From assembly GCA_029256605.1 (NCBI GenBank), contig JAQSXP010000001.1:1-62651 (forward strand): a DNA stretch of 62,651 nucleotides. Reading direction: 5' to 3'. This stretch comes from Devosia sp. GTDB lineage: Bacteria; Pseudomonadota; Alphaproteobacteria; Rhizobiales; Devosiaceae. The notes under the pieces are model-generated. The model ran no database searches. It was not told the DNA's origin and saw nothing but the letters and a program-made list of their open reading frames with translations. Shown here piece after piece: positions 1 through 9,535 of the stretch; position 1 is the first letter of the stretch; each line of letters begins with the position of its first letter. A program made the position numbers and the translations under genes.

Positions 1-1
1 A

Positions 2-481
2 CCGGACTGGCAGGCCGTAGCCGACAAGAAGGGGTATCTCTGGACCTGCGATCCCGCCGCAATGCCCCGCTTTGCCGACCATTGGGACATCACCGAGCGC
101 ACTGACAGCGAGCATCCGTTCCGGCTGGCCACCAGTCCGGCGCGCACCTTTCTTAATTCGACCTTTAACGAGACGCCCGGCAGCCAGAGCCGCGAAGGCC
201 CGCCATCCCTGTTTATCCATCCCGCTGACGCCGCTCCGCTCGGCATTGGCGAGGGTGATGCGGTTCTGGTCGGCAATCGCCGGGGCGAAGTGCATCTGAC
301 CGCCCGCCTGCGCCTGGGCCTGCCTACCGGCGCGGTGATCGCCGAAGGGCTGCATCCCAACAAGGCGCACCGCGAGGGCCGGGGCATCAATACCCTAACC
401 GATGCACGGCCGGCGCCCCCCTTTGGCGGCGCCGCCTTCCACGATGCCGCTGTTTGGGTACGTCGCGCCGATCAGGCATAG
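2..481 (+). CDS. Molybdopterin oxidoreductase family protein, C-terminal part (starts before window)
   Basis: Open frame from the window edge; PFRLATSPARTFLNSTF, IHPADAAPLGI, GNRRGEV and GINTLT match the molybdopterin dinucleotide-binding domain. Confidence 0.85.
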   Translation, partial: PDWQAVADKKGYLWTCDPAAMPRFADHWDITERTDSEHPFRLATSPARTFLNSTFNETPGSQSREGPPSLFIHPADAAPLGIGEGDAVLVGNRRGEVHLTARLRLGLPTGAVIAEGLHPNKAHREGRGINTLTDARPAPPFGGAAFHDAAVWVRRADQA

Positions 482-1236
482 GCGCCCCAGAAGAAGTAGG
501 CGGTCATCGCCACCCCATAAAGGATGATCGCGAGGCGCAAGGCCGCCCGGGGCACCCGATGGGCATTGCGGGCCGCCAGGTAGCCGCCAATGGTGACGCC
601 CACCAGCGCAATGGAGCCGTGATACCAGTCGATTGAGCCGTTGAAGGCAAAACGCACCACGGCGACCAGCGCCACAACGGCCGAGATCCAGAGCTTGAGC
701 CCATTCATGGCATGGATGTCGTCGAGCCCCGCGACGGCGAGGAACGCCAGCAGCAGGATGCCGAGGCCGGCATTGAAAAAGCCGCCATAGACGCACACGG
801 CGCCAAGAAACGCCGTCAGCAGCACGCTGCCGACCAGCCGCATGCCGCGCCCGCTGCCGCCTCGCGCCGCCACCAGCGCATTGAGCTGGTTGCCAAAGGC
901 AAACAACAGCACCGCAAACAGCATCAGCCACGGCACGACCAGCGCAAACTGCTCGTCGGACACCACCAGCAGCAGCTCGGCCCCGACATAGCCGAACACC
1001 AGTGCCACGACGGTATAAAACACCAGCTTGTTGCGATAGCGCGCCATGGCGTGGCGATAGCCAAAGGCGCCGCTCAGATAGCCTGGCAGGGCGGCATAGG
1101 TGTTGGAAGCATTGGCGATCACCGGCGGCACGCCGGCAAACAACAGCGCCGGAAACACGATAAACGAGCCTCCTCCCGCAAGCGAGTTCACTGCACCGCC
1201 GAGCAAACCGGCGATCAGCAGCAGCATTTCAGTCAT
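472..1236 (-). CDS. Sulfite exporter TauE/SafE family membrane protein
   Basis: AGGGSFIVFPALL and YGGFFNAGLGILLL repeats; multiple TM helices. Confidence 0.9.
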   Translation of the reverse strand: MTEMLLLIAGLLGGAVNSLAGGGSFIVFPALLFAGVPPVIANASNTYAALPGYLSGAFGYRHAMARYRNKLVFYTVVALVFGYVGAELLLVVSDEQFALVVPWLMLFAVLLFAFGNQLNALVAARGGSGRGMRLVGSVLLTAFLGAVCVYGGFFNAGLGILLLAFLAVAGLDDIHAMNGLKLWISAVVALVAVVRFAFNGSIDWYHGSIALVGVTIGGYLAARNAHRVPRAALRLAIILYGVAMTAYFFWGAYA

Positions 1237-1525
1237 GTCGAGGGGCTTTCTGGACGCAAAGTGAAGCAGAGGAACTGCCTCAGCTAACCAATTGGGCGCG
1301 CGAACGCCAAACCTATTGTTGCCACCAAGGCGCGAAAACCTAGCTCCGCTTGACTTTCCATGGGGAAGCGCTCATGCAGGCAATGGTTGCTGTCGCCTGC
1401 CGCTCGCCGGGTCCGCCCGATGGTGAAGACAGCCTTTGATATCCCCCATGTTGTCTCTCCCCAGCGAGGCGCTTCATGGCAAGGCGAGCCCCATGGAACT
1501 AAGCCTCACGGATGTGAGAAGCACC

Positions 1526-1966
1526 ATGACTTATTCCCTTGATACCCCTTCGATCCAGACGCTCAAGGCCGAAGCACGAGAGTTGCGCGCCAGCCGGCAG
1601 GCCGCGGGCGAGAGCTTAACCCACGGCGCGGCCCTGGAAGCGGTCGCCCGGACCCATGGTTTTCGCGATTGGAACACGGCCAGCGCCATGCTGCCCGAGC
1701 GGGTTGCTAGCCCCCTCCAGGTGGGCCAGCGCGTGCGCGGCAGCTATCTAGGCCAACGGTTCACCGGAATGGTGCTGGGCGTCAGGATCCGTGCCGACAT
1801 GAGCCACTACGACATCACGGTGAAGTTCGACCAGCCAGTTGACGTCGTGACCTCCGAGCTGTTCTCGGCGTTCCGGCAGCGGGTCAATGCGACGATCGAT
1901 ATCCGGGGGGTGTCGCCGGCGCGGCTCGGCAATGGCGAGCCCCAGCTGCGCATCCAGCCACTCTGA
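1526..1966 (+). CDS. Glyoxalase superfamily protein (Glyoxalase_8-like N-terminus)
   Basis: LKAEARELR...HGAALEAVARTHGFRDWNT motif; ATG at 1526 chosen over the upstream start. Confidence 0.75.
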   Translation: MTYSLDTPSIQTLKAEARELRASRQAAGESLTHGAALEAVARTHGFRDWNTASAMLPERVASPLQVGQRVRGSYLGQRFTGMVLGVRIRADMSHYDITVKFDQPVDVVTSELFSAFRQRVNATIDIRGVSPARLGNGEPQLRIQPL

Positions 1967-1969
1967 AAG

Positions 1970-1992
1970 GAGGCGGCTCGCGCAGCCGCCTC
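1970..1992 (+). terminator. Stem-loop after glyoxalase-like gene
   Basis: GAGGCGGCT-CGCGC-AGCCGCCTC just after the stop; no clear U tract. Confidence 0.45.
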
Positions 1993-2054
1993 GCCTTGCC
2001 ATTCATCGGCGAATGCCGATAAACTACTGCACCCCAGATATAGCGGAATGCGCC

Positions 2055-2759
2055 ATGACCACCCAAACCAAGCCGATCGAGCTTTATTCGCTGCCGACCC
2101 CCAACGGCCAGAAGGCCGCCATCATGCTGGAAGAACTGGGCGTCCCCTATACCTATCATCGCATCGATATCGGCAAGGGCGATCAGTTCAAGCCCGAGTT
2201 CCTGGCGATCTCGCCCAACAACAAGATCCCGGCCATCATCGATCCTGAAGGGCCCGGGGGTGAGCCGATCTCGATCTTTGAATCGGGCGCGATCCTCAAA
2301 TATCTCGGCCTCAAATTCGGGCAGTTCTATCCCCAGGACATGCGCGCCCAGGTCAAGGTGGATGAATGGCTGTTCTGGCAGGTCGGCGGCTTTGGCCCGA
2401 TGCTGGGGCAGAACCACCACTTCGCCCTTTATGCGCCCGAGCGCATCCCCTATGCCACCAAGCGCTATGTTGATGAGACGCACCGCCTTTATGGCGTGCT
2501 CAACAAGCAGCTCGAAGGCCAGGACTATATTGCCGGCGAGTATTCCATCGCTGATATCGCCTGTATCGGCTGGGCGCAGCTCTGGGAGCGGCAGGGCATG
2601 GACATCAACGAGTTCCCCAATGTCAAAGCCTGGATCGAGCGCTGCAATGCCCGGCCCGCGGTCAAGCGGGGCCTCGAAGTGGGCAAGGACCTGCCCAGTG
2701 CCGATCTCAGCAATGACAAGGCCGCCCAGGCCATGCTGTTCAACCAGCGGGCGCGCTAG
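2055..2759 (+). CDS. Glutathione S-transferase, YfcG/Nu-class-like
   Basis: TPNGQK, SPNNKIPAIID, FESGAIL and YSIADIA motifs. Confidence 0.9.
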   Translation: MTTQTKPIELYSLPTPNGQKAAIMLEELGVPYTYHRIDIGKGDQFKPEFLAISPNNKIPAIIDPEGPGGEPISIFESGAILKYLGLKFGQFYPQDMRAQVKVDEWLFWQVGGFGPMLGQNHHFALYAPERIPYATKRYVDETHRLYGVLNKQLEGQDYIAGEYSIADIACIGWAQLWERQGMDINEFPNVKAWIERCNARPAVKRGLEVGKDLPSADLSNDKAAQAMLFNQRAR

Positions 2760-2765
2760 GCTCGC

Positions 2766-3296
2766 TTACGGCACCGCCTCGGGAGGCGGTGCCCCCCCGG
2801 CCAACTCCTCGGGGGGAACGCGGACCCAATCCTCGCCGCGGCAGATCACATTGAACAGCACGCAGCCATTGAGCCGAAGTGCGTCGGGACCGGTGACCTG
2901 CACATAGCCCGAATAGGTATTCCCGTCCTGGGGGTTGTAGATACTGCCGTCAAACACGGCCGGCTTGTCGCCGGGCCGCAGCGTCAGGATTTGCAGCCCC
3001 AGCATCGGGCGGCTGCGCAATTGCGGGTCCTTGTTGCGCGCATCCACGAAGTCCTCGTGGGCCATCGCAGCCGCAGCCTGCGCTTCGGCGGCGCTGAGTT
3101 GGCCCTGGGGCACCACGATTTTGCTCAACACGCCGCAAAATCCCTCGGGACAGGCCGAGATGGTGATTTCGGAAGCGAGCATCGTGCGCCAGGTGCCTTC
3201 CACCGGCGCCTGGGCCTGGGCCATGCCGCCTGCCGCCCACCAAGAGGCTGTGCCGACAAGAAAACCCGCAAGTTTCGGTAAGACGCCGCCTGCCAT
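2766..3296 (-). CDS. DUF2147 domain secreted protein
   Basis: Signal peptide, GTWRT, CG, DARNKDPQLRSRPMLGL, GSIYNPQDGNTY, GCVLFNVIC; start approximate. Confidence 0.8.
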   Translation of the reverse strand: MAGGVLPKLAGFLVGTASWWAAGGMAQAQAPVEGTWRTMLASEITISACPEGFCGVLSKIVVPQGQLSAAEAQAAAAMAHEDFVDARNKDPQLRSRPMLGLQILTLRPGDKPAVFDGSIYNPQDGNTYSGYVQVTGPDALRLNGCVLFNVICRGEDWVRVPPEELAGGAPPPEAVP

Positions 3297-3481
3297 CCTG
3301 CCCGCTCCCCTGTGCCGCCAGCACGCCCAATAAATATCCGGCATTGGTCGGCCGACCAAGAGTAAACCGGCCGCAATCCGGGCTTGCCGAGTGCTCCGGG
3401 CCGCGTTGTTGTGTGAACAACACGCTCCATGCCCAGAAATCCCTTGCCAGCACCGCTCCCTCCAGCTAGACGAGCCCTGCC

Positions 3482-3574
3482 GGAGAGGTGGCCGAGTGGT
3501 CGAAGGCACGCCCCTGCTAAGGGCGCAGATGGTGATGAACTGTCTCGAGGGTTCGAATCCCTTCCTCTCCGCCA
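3482..3574 (+). tRNA. tRNA-Ser(GCT), island integration site
   Basis: GGAGAGG/CCTCTCC-type acceptor stem, anticodon stem CGCCC/GGGCG with GCT at 3516-3518, long variable arm, GGTTCGAATCC T arm, encoded CCA. Confidence 0.97.
3561..3574 (+). repeat. attL core (tRNA 3' end)
   Basis: CTTCCTCTCCGCCA is identical to 61735-61748. Confidence 0.9.
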
Positions 3575-3631
3575 GCCTTGCTGGCTAGCTGATTGAAAGC
3601 TTTCGCAGATTCGCTGCAATCTGTAGTTGAG

Positions 3632-3650
3632 CCCTCAATAACACCCTAAA
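3632..3650 (+). promoter_or_regulatory. Putative integrase arm-type sites (left)
   Basis: CCCTCAA (3632) and CCCTAAA (3644) start 12 bp apart, the same pair and spacing as 61596/61608. Confidence 0.55.
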
Positions 3651-3751
3651 TGCGTAACTGCGGTGAGTGCGTCGTGCCTCCGCTTCTCACCGTATCAAGG
3701 CAGGAGACTTGCTGTCTCTGTTTAGCACCAGGGTAGGGAGCCCAGCATCCG

Positions 3752-4334
3752 GTGAAGATCGCGACCTTCAACGTCAATGGCGTCAATGGCAGGCTTCAAG
3801 TGCTGCTGCGATGGTTGGATGAGTCCAAGCTGGATGCTACATCGAGGCGGCGGTTAGCGGCATTCTGGTGAGCTGCCTGTACCTGCCCACAAGCAATCCG
3901 GCCCCCGGGCCCAATTTCGCCTATATGCTGCGCTGGTTCGAGCACTTCGCCCAGCATGCCGCGGAACTGCTTGCGGAAGGCGTTCCTGCGGTGCTGGCGG
4001 GCGACTACAATGTGATGCCGACTGAACTCGACGTTTACAAGCCCGAACGCTGGATCAAGGATGCACTGTTTCGCCCGAAGTTCGCGATGCGTACCACAAA
4101 CTGCTGGGGCAGGGCTGGATAGACGCGCTGACGGCCAAAGATCCCGATGAGCGCATCTTTACGTTCTGGGACTATTTTCGTGAGGCTTATAAGAGAGGCG
4201 CTGGCCTCCGCATCGATCATCTGCTGGTCTCACCGTCCCTGGTCGACCGACTTGAGGATGCCGGAGTAGACCGGCATGTGCGCGGCAGGGACAAGTCGAG
4301 CGATCACGCGCCGACGTGGATCCGGCTTTCCTAG
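3752..4334 (+). pseudogene. xth: Exodeoxyribonuclease III pseudogene
   Basis: MKIATFNVNGVNGRL N-terminus, CLYLP, LAGDYNVMP, RIDHLLVS and SDHAPTW across different frames, with an internal deletion. Confidence 0.85.
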
Positions 4335-4454
4335 CTGCACACGGACGAAATGAATTTTCGAACCCCTTCGTTTTGATTGATGAGGCTACACTGCTTAGGC
4401 CAGGAGGTGCTCCCTGAAGGCGATACGCACCTCCAGGGTAGGGCACCTAAACGC

Positions 4455-4515
4455 CGGCTTTGCGCCCCATTTCGGCCGTTCAGAGGCCTCAAGTCCCTTC
4501 CTAAGAGCGGACATT
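4455..4515 (+). repeat. Junction repeat copy 1
   Basis: GCGCCCCATTTCGGCCGTTCAG...TTCCTAAGAGCGGACATT. Confidence 0.7.
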
Positions 4516-4609
4516 GGCGCAAGGCATGATGGGCCACGAACGACATGATTCCGATCGCACAAGGACTAGAGAGATGATGTTGCGTGCGATAGCGACCTGA
4601 CATCTGTCG

Positions 4610-5518
4610 CTACCTTTTGCTGGCGCGGCTCTCGCAAAGATCAATGAACGCCCTTAACGGCGCGCTGGCGAAACGGCTGGGGTAATATAGGCGGGGACCA
4701 TCGAGTGCCATCCAGCATTCCTGCAGGATGGGTACTAGCGTGCCGGATTGAAAATCATGTTCACACCAACTGCCGAATGCACCGATGATCCCCATGCCGG
4801 CACGAGCATAGGCCAGACCACTGTCCAAGACGTTAACGCTGATGACGAGTGCGGTCCTCGGCTCCACGGTAACGATGTCTGCGGCGTTCCGCAGTCGCCA
4901 TGGCAACAACGCCCCTCCTGCGAGCCGGTAACGAATAGCAGCATGGCCGGTAAGCTCGTCAGGCTCCCTAGGGATGCCGTTAGCTTCCAGATAGCTTGGT
5001 GAAGCGGCCAGGGCGATCTGCTGCCTTCGCGGCCCAATGGGGATCGACACCATGTCCTTGGCCAGATGTGCGCCATAGCGGATGCCGGCGTCGCATCCTG
5101 CTGCGATGATGTCGACTCGATCATTCTCTATGACAATCTCGATCTCGACTTGCGGATGCAGACGGCGGAATTCGGCAATAAGTGGCGGCAGGATGTCTGG
5201 CACGACGGCTCCTGGCACGTTCAGCGACAGCCTGCCGCGAACTGTTCCCATGGAGTTGGCTGCCTCCAAGACGGCCGCATCGAATTCCTGAAACAAAGGC
5301 CTGATCTGATCGGCTAGGCGACGGCCCTGTTCGGTAGCTCTGACACTGCGCGTCGAGCGAAGCAATAACGGAGTGCCGAGCTCAGCCTCGAGCCGGGCCA
5401 CAGTGGTGCTTACTCTTGAGGGCACCGTGCCAAGCTTTTGTGCCGCCGCCCGAAATCCGCCGGCGTCTAGGACGGCGAGGAAGATCTTCAGATGATCCGC
5501 AGAAACACTGTTCTTCAT
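4610..5518 (-). CDS. LysR family transcriptional regulator
   Basis: GGFRAAAQKLG...RLEAELGTPLLLRSTRSV HTH plus substrate-binding domain; divergent from the NmrA gene. Confidence 0.93.
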   Translation of the reverse strand: MKNSVSADHLKIFLAVLDAGGFRAAAQKLGTVPSRVSTTVARLEAELGTPLLLRSTRSVRATEQGRRLADQIRPLFQEFDAAVLEAANSMGTVRGRLSLNVPGAVVPDILPPLIAEFRRLHPQVEIEIVIENDRVDIIAAGCDAGIRYGAHLAKDMVSIPIGPRRQQIALAASPSYLEANGIPREPDELTGHAAIRYRLAGGALLPWRLRNAADIVTVEPRTALVISVNVLDSGLAYARAGMGIIGAFGSWCEHDFQSGTLVPILQECWMALDGPRLYYPSRFASAPLRAFIDLCESRASKR

Positions 5519-5597
5519 GGAGAACAGCCTATTCCTGAAGATCTGCGTTATCAACGCAATCAAGAACAGCGATACCTTGATCAACAAGGAGATAAAT

Positions 5598-6461
5598 ATG
5601 CTTGTCATCACCGGCGCATCAGGTCAGCTCGGCCGCAAAATCACTGAGAATCTGTTGCAACACGTTCCTGCTGAAGGCATCGCTCTCAGTGTACGTGACC
5701 CTAGCAAAGCGCTTAACTTCAGAGCAGCGGGGATTCGTGTGCGTCAGGGCGACTATGAAGACGCCGCAAGTCTTCGCCACGCTTGGGAGGGTGCCGATAG
5801 ACTGCTTCTGGTCTCCTCGAACGCCGCTGCAATTGGCGGCGATCCAATGATGCAACACGCCACTGCCATTGCGGTCGCCCGCGACCTGGGCGTGCAGCGC
5901 ATCTTCTATACGAGCCAGATCGCAAGTTCTTCGACTTCGCACTTTCCACCAGCACGGACGCATGCTGCGACCGAAGCCTTGCTTGCGCAGTCAGGGGTCC
6001 CCTGGACTGCCCTGCGCCACGGGTTTTATGCTGACAGCGCGCTGGCGATGAATGCGCTTGGCTTCGCCAATGGTGTGCTGGCCGCTCCGTTGGACGGTAA
6101 GGTGTCGTGGACAACGCATGACGACCTTGCTGCAGCCGACGCGATGCTATTGGCTAGCTCGGAGGCCATTGAGGGCCCAACGGCACCCTTGACGGGGTTG
6201 GAAGCTCTGGACCTCGATGACATAGCCAAGCTTGCGCAGGATATCCTCGATAAGCCTGTGATCCGGGAAATACTGGAGGACGGCGCGATGCTGGAAAACG
6301 CCCAGTCAACAGGTGTTCCTCCAGACCGCATAGCCATTCTGATGGGCTACTATAAAGCGGCCAGACTGGGCGAGTTCGCCAGCGTGGACCCAACACTCTC
6401 AAGACTGATCGGTCATCCGCCTCAATCCATGCATGACTTCATGGTTGAACAACTCCGCTGA
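5598..6461 (+). CDS. NmrA-like / atypical SDR NAD(P)H-binding oxidoreductase (QorB-like)
   Basis: ITGASGQLG Rossmann motif; AAGGAG RBS. Confidence 0.88.
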   Translation: MLVITGASGQLGRKITENLLQHVPAEGIALSVRDPSKALNFRAAGIRVRQGDYEDAASLRHAWEGADRLLLVSSNAAAIGGDPMMQHATAIAVARDLGVQRIFYTSQIASSSTSHFPPARTHAATEALLAQSGVPWTALRHGFYADSALAMNALGFANGVLAAPLDGKVSWTTHDDLAAADAMLLASSEAIEGPTAPLTGLEALDLDDIAKLAQDILDKPVIREILEDGAMLENAQSTGVPPDRIAILMGYYKAARLGEFASVDPTLSRLIGHPPQSMHDFMVEQLR

Positions 6462-6469
6462 TGGGGTGG

Positions 6470-6498
6470 CATGAATGCGCCCCGTTTCGGACGTTCGC
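6470..6498 (+). repeat. Junction repeat copy 2
   Basis: GCGCCCCGTTTCGGACGTTC at 6477. Confidence 0.6.
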
Positions 6499-6623
6499 GA
6501 CCCTGAGCACATTTCCCGTCAGCCGCCATTCTGGCGAAACCTGCTAAGGACATGTTGAGGCGTTGAGAGGGTTTACGCCCCCAGTCGAGCCCCCACAATC
6601 AATGCCGTTATTTGGTCGGCAAG

Positions 6624-6649
6624 TCGGACTGGTCCGGAGACCAGTCCGA
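6624..6649 (-). terminator. Hairpin after enolase-superfamily gene
   Basis: Perfect 11-bp stem TCGGACTGGTC-CGGA-GACCAGTCCGA directly after the stop. Confidence 0.6.
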
Positions 6650-6652
6650 GTT

Positions 6653-7840
6653 TCAGGCGAAGGCGTAGGAGCCGTCTGGGCGCTTGGGCACACGGCGCTG
6701 CCAGTGCACATAGCCGTCCTCGGACATAGCCTTTTCGTCCATTTCAACACCCCAACCCGGACGGTCCGGGCGCAGTTCGAGATAGCCGTCCTTGGGAAGA
6801 TAGGGATCGACGACGTAGCGCGTGCTGTCTTCGCGGCCCTGGATTTCGGTGCCGCCATAGATGTAGCACTGTCCGACCGGCAGACGATATTCCAGGATCT
6901 TGAAGTTCTGCTGGGCGGCGGCGAAGTGGACGTTGACCGCGGTGGCCAGCGGTCCCATGGGGTTGTGTGGCGCGACCGCGACGAAATGGGCCTCGGCAAG
7001 CGTTGCGATGCGACGCATCTCGGAAATGCCGCCTACCACGCAGATGTCGGGCTGGATCAGGTCGGCGCCCTTGCACTGCAGGAGGCGCAGGAATTCGTTG
7101 CGGCTATAGAGCGACTCGCCCGTCGCCAGCACGCAATCGAGGCCCTCGTTGAGCTGGCCATAGAGCTCGATGTTTTCAGGACGTAGCGGCTCTTCGTAGA
7201 AAAGCGGATCGTAGGGCGCGATGGCATTACCGAGCTGGCGCGCGGACTTGACGTCGAAGATCTTGGCATGGGCGTCGAATGCGATCTCGTAGGCAGGATC
7301 GACCGCTTCGCGCACTTGGCGGAAATATTCGGCGGAGGTGCGCACAACCTCGCCCCAGCGATGACTGTTGGGTTCGAGGCGCCAGGGGCTGAGCTTGTAG
7401 GCAGTGAAACCCCATTCAGAGTTAAGCCGGTCGAGCTCTTCCTTGGCTGCCGGGACGTCTGGCGCGGTATAGACGCCTGCATAGACTTTGATGCGGTCGC
7501 GCACTTCGCCGCCGAGCATCTTGTAGACCGGCACGCCACGCGCCTTCGCGGCAAGGTCCCACAGACAGTGATCGAGACCGGAAATGGCCGCGAGACCCAT
7601 GGCTCCGGGCGGAAAGCGGCACTGCTGGATCATGTAGTTGGTTAGATAGTCGACCCGAGTCGGATCCTGCCCGGCGAGGAAATTGTAGAGATAGTCGAGC
7701 AGCGGCGGCAGCGCGAGATCAGGACCATGATTGTAGCACTCGCCCCAGCCGGTGAGGCCGTCATCGGTATCGAGAGCGACGATCACGCGCGGACGGTCCT
7801 TATCGCGGGTAACGAATACCCGCATCCGATCGATCTTCAT
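6653..7840 (-). CDS. Mandelate racemase/enolase superfamily acid-sugar dehydratase (DgoD-like)
   Basis: GLTGWGE, AISGLDHCLWDL, DAH, YEEP, ATGE, QPD and APHNP motifs. Confidence 0.9.
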   Translation of the reverse strand: MKIDRMRVFVTRDKDRPRVIVALDTDDGLTGWGECYNHGPDLALPPLLDYLYNFLAGQDPTRVDYLTNYMIQQCRFPPGAMGLAAISGLDHCLWDLAAKARGVPVYKMLGGEVRDRIKVYAGVYTAPDVPAAKEELDRLNSEWGFTAYKLSPWRLEPNSHRWGEVVRTSAEYFRQVREAVDPAYEIAFDAHAKIFDVKSARQLGNAIAPYDPLFYEEPLRPENIELYGQLNEGLDCVLATGESLYSRNEFLRLLQCKGADLIQPDICVVGGISEMRRIATLAEAHFVAVAPHNPMGPLATAVNVHFAAAQQNFKILEYRLPVGQCYIYGGTEIQGREDSTRYVVDPYLPKDGYLELRPDRPGWGVEMDEKAMSEDGYVHWQRRVPKRPDGSYAFA

Positions 7841-7901
7841 GGAAATCTCCTAATTCCTCGGGCCGTCAAGGGAGGGCCTGAAATGGTCAGTGGCGAAAGG
7901 A

Positions 7902-8693
7902 TCAGGCCGTCTGGGGGACGCCTTGCGGACGATAGCCGAGGCTGCCTTCGCGCAGCATCTGCGTATAGGGGTGGGTCACATCGCCCGCGATCATGTCCTG
8001 ACGGCTGGCGACCTCGACCAGTTGGCCATCCTTCATCACGGCAATGCGGTCGCAGAGATGGGCAACGACCGCCATGTCGTGGCTGACGAGCACGTAAGTC
8101 AGCCCGGAGCGCTGGCGCAGGTCCTTGAGCAGATTGAGGATTTCCGCCTGGATCGACACGTCGAGCGCAGAGGTGGGTTCGTCGAGCAGCAGGATTTCTG
8201 GTTCGAGGATCAGCGCGCGGGCGATAGCAACGCGCTGGCGCTGTCCACCAGAGAGCTGGTGGGGAAAGCGGAAGCGGAAGCGCTTGGGCAGGCCGACCTG
8301 CTCGAGGGCGCGATCGACGCGGCCATCCTGGTCGTCGAGACGGTTGATGCTGAGCGGTTCGGTCAGAATGCGGCCGATGGTGTGCCGGGGATGGAGCGAG
8401 CCGAAGGGGTCCTGAAACACCATCTGCTGACGGCGGCGCTGCGCCTGGCTGCGGCGCGCCGGGTCGAGCTGTTCGCCGCCTATGGCAATACGGCCAGACC
8501 ATTCCTTGACGCGCCCGGCAATGGCGCCGAGCACCGTGGACTTGCCGCAACCGGATTCCCCGACAAGGCCGAAGCATTCGCCCTGCCGGACCGAGACGTC
8601 GATGCCGCGCACGACATGGTTCTTGCGGGAACCCCGGCCGAAGGTGATGGAAAGGTTCTCGATATCGATCATGCCCTGGTCCGCCATGGTCAT
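7902..8693 (-). CDS. Peptide/nickel-type ABC transporter ATP-binding protein (DppF-like)
   Basis: GESGCGKS, LSGGQRQR, LLLDEPT. Confidence 0.93.
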   Translation of the reverse strand: MTMADQGMIDIENLSITFGRGSRKNHVVRGIDVSVRQGECFGLVGESGCGKSTVLGAIAGRVKEWSGRIAIGGEQLDPARRSQAQRRRQQMVFQDPFGSLHPRHTIGRILTEPLSINRLDDQDGRVDRALEQVGLPKRFRFRFPHQLSGGQRQRVAIARALILEPEILLLDEPTSALDVSIQAEILNLLKDLRQRSGLTYVLVSHDMAVVAHLCDRIAVMKDGQLVEVASRQDMIAGDVTHPYTQMLREGSLGYRPQGVPQTA

Positions 8694-9535
8694 GCCTCCA
8701 CCCAGGTGGGGTCGCGCTTGAGCACGGCAAGGCGATCCTTGGGATGGGTGAGACTGGGCAGCGCCTCGAGGAGGCCGCGCGTATAGGGGTGGGTGGCGTT
8801 GTCGAGCTCGGATGCAGCCAGTTCCTCCACGACCCGCCCGGCATACATGATGATCACGCGATCGCAGAAACTGCGCACGAGGTTGAGATCGTGCGAAATG
8901 AACACAAGACCCATGTCGTTGGCGGTCACCAGTTCGTCGAGTACGCTCAGCACCTGCTGGCGCACCGAAACGTCGAGCGCCGAGGTGGGCTCGTCGGCGA
9001 TGATCAGCGCGGGCTTGGTGATCAGCATCATGGAAATCATGATGCGCTGGCCCATGCCGCCGGAAACCTCATGGGGATAAAGGCCCATGACGCGCTGGGG
9101 GTCACGGATGTGGACGCTTTCGAGCATCTGAAGGGTGCGCTCGCGCGCCAGCTTCCTCGAGAGTTTCTCATGGAGGATCACGGTTTCGGCGATCTGCTCG
9201 CCGACGGTCATCACCGGATTGAGCGAGTATTTCGGGTCCTGCAGGATCATCGCCATGCTGTGACCGCGGATTTCGCGCATCCGCCTGTCGCTGAGCGAGA
9301 GTACGGCCTCGCCCTGGAAATCGAGGCGATCGGCGGTGATCCTGGTCGATTTGGGCAGAAGCCGCATGAGGGCGCGTCCGGTCGTGCTCTTGCCCGAGCC
9401 GGATTCCCCAATGATGCCGACCTTTTCCTTGCCGACATCGAAGGTGACGTTGCGGACCGCCGGGACACTGGCATGCAGCGACGGGAACGAGACGGTGAGG
9501 TTGCGAACCGAAAGCAGAGGCGCCTGATCATGCAT
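8690..9535 (-). CDS. Peptide/nickel-type ABC transporter ATP-binding protein (DppD-like)
   Basis: [22 protein letters not shown]. Confidence 0.93.
   Translation of the reverse strand: MHDQAPLLSVRNLTVSFPSLHASVPAVRNVTFDVGKEKVGIIGESGSGKSTTGRALMRLLPKSTRITADRLDFQGEAVLSLSDRRMREIRGHSMAMILQDPKYSLNPVMTVGEQIAETVILHEKLSRKLARERTLQMLESVHIRDPQRVMGLYPHEVSGGMGQRIMISMMLITKPALIIADEPTSALDVSVRQQVLSVLDELVTANDMGLVFISHDLNLVRSFCDRVIIMYAGRVVEELAASELDNATHPYTRGLLEALPSLTHPKDRLAVLKRDPTWVEA

Noticed and set aside
3125-3619. 164-aa minus-strand ORF containing WRRGRDSNPR
   Set aside because: It is the antisense translation of tRNA-Ser, a familiar artefact
3728-4443. 11-bp direct repeat CCAGGGTAGGG flanking the xth relic
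   Set aside because: No IS ends or transposase; too short to call a target duplication
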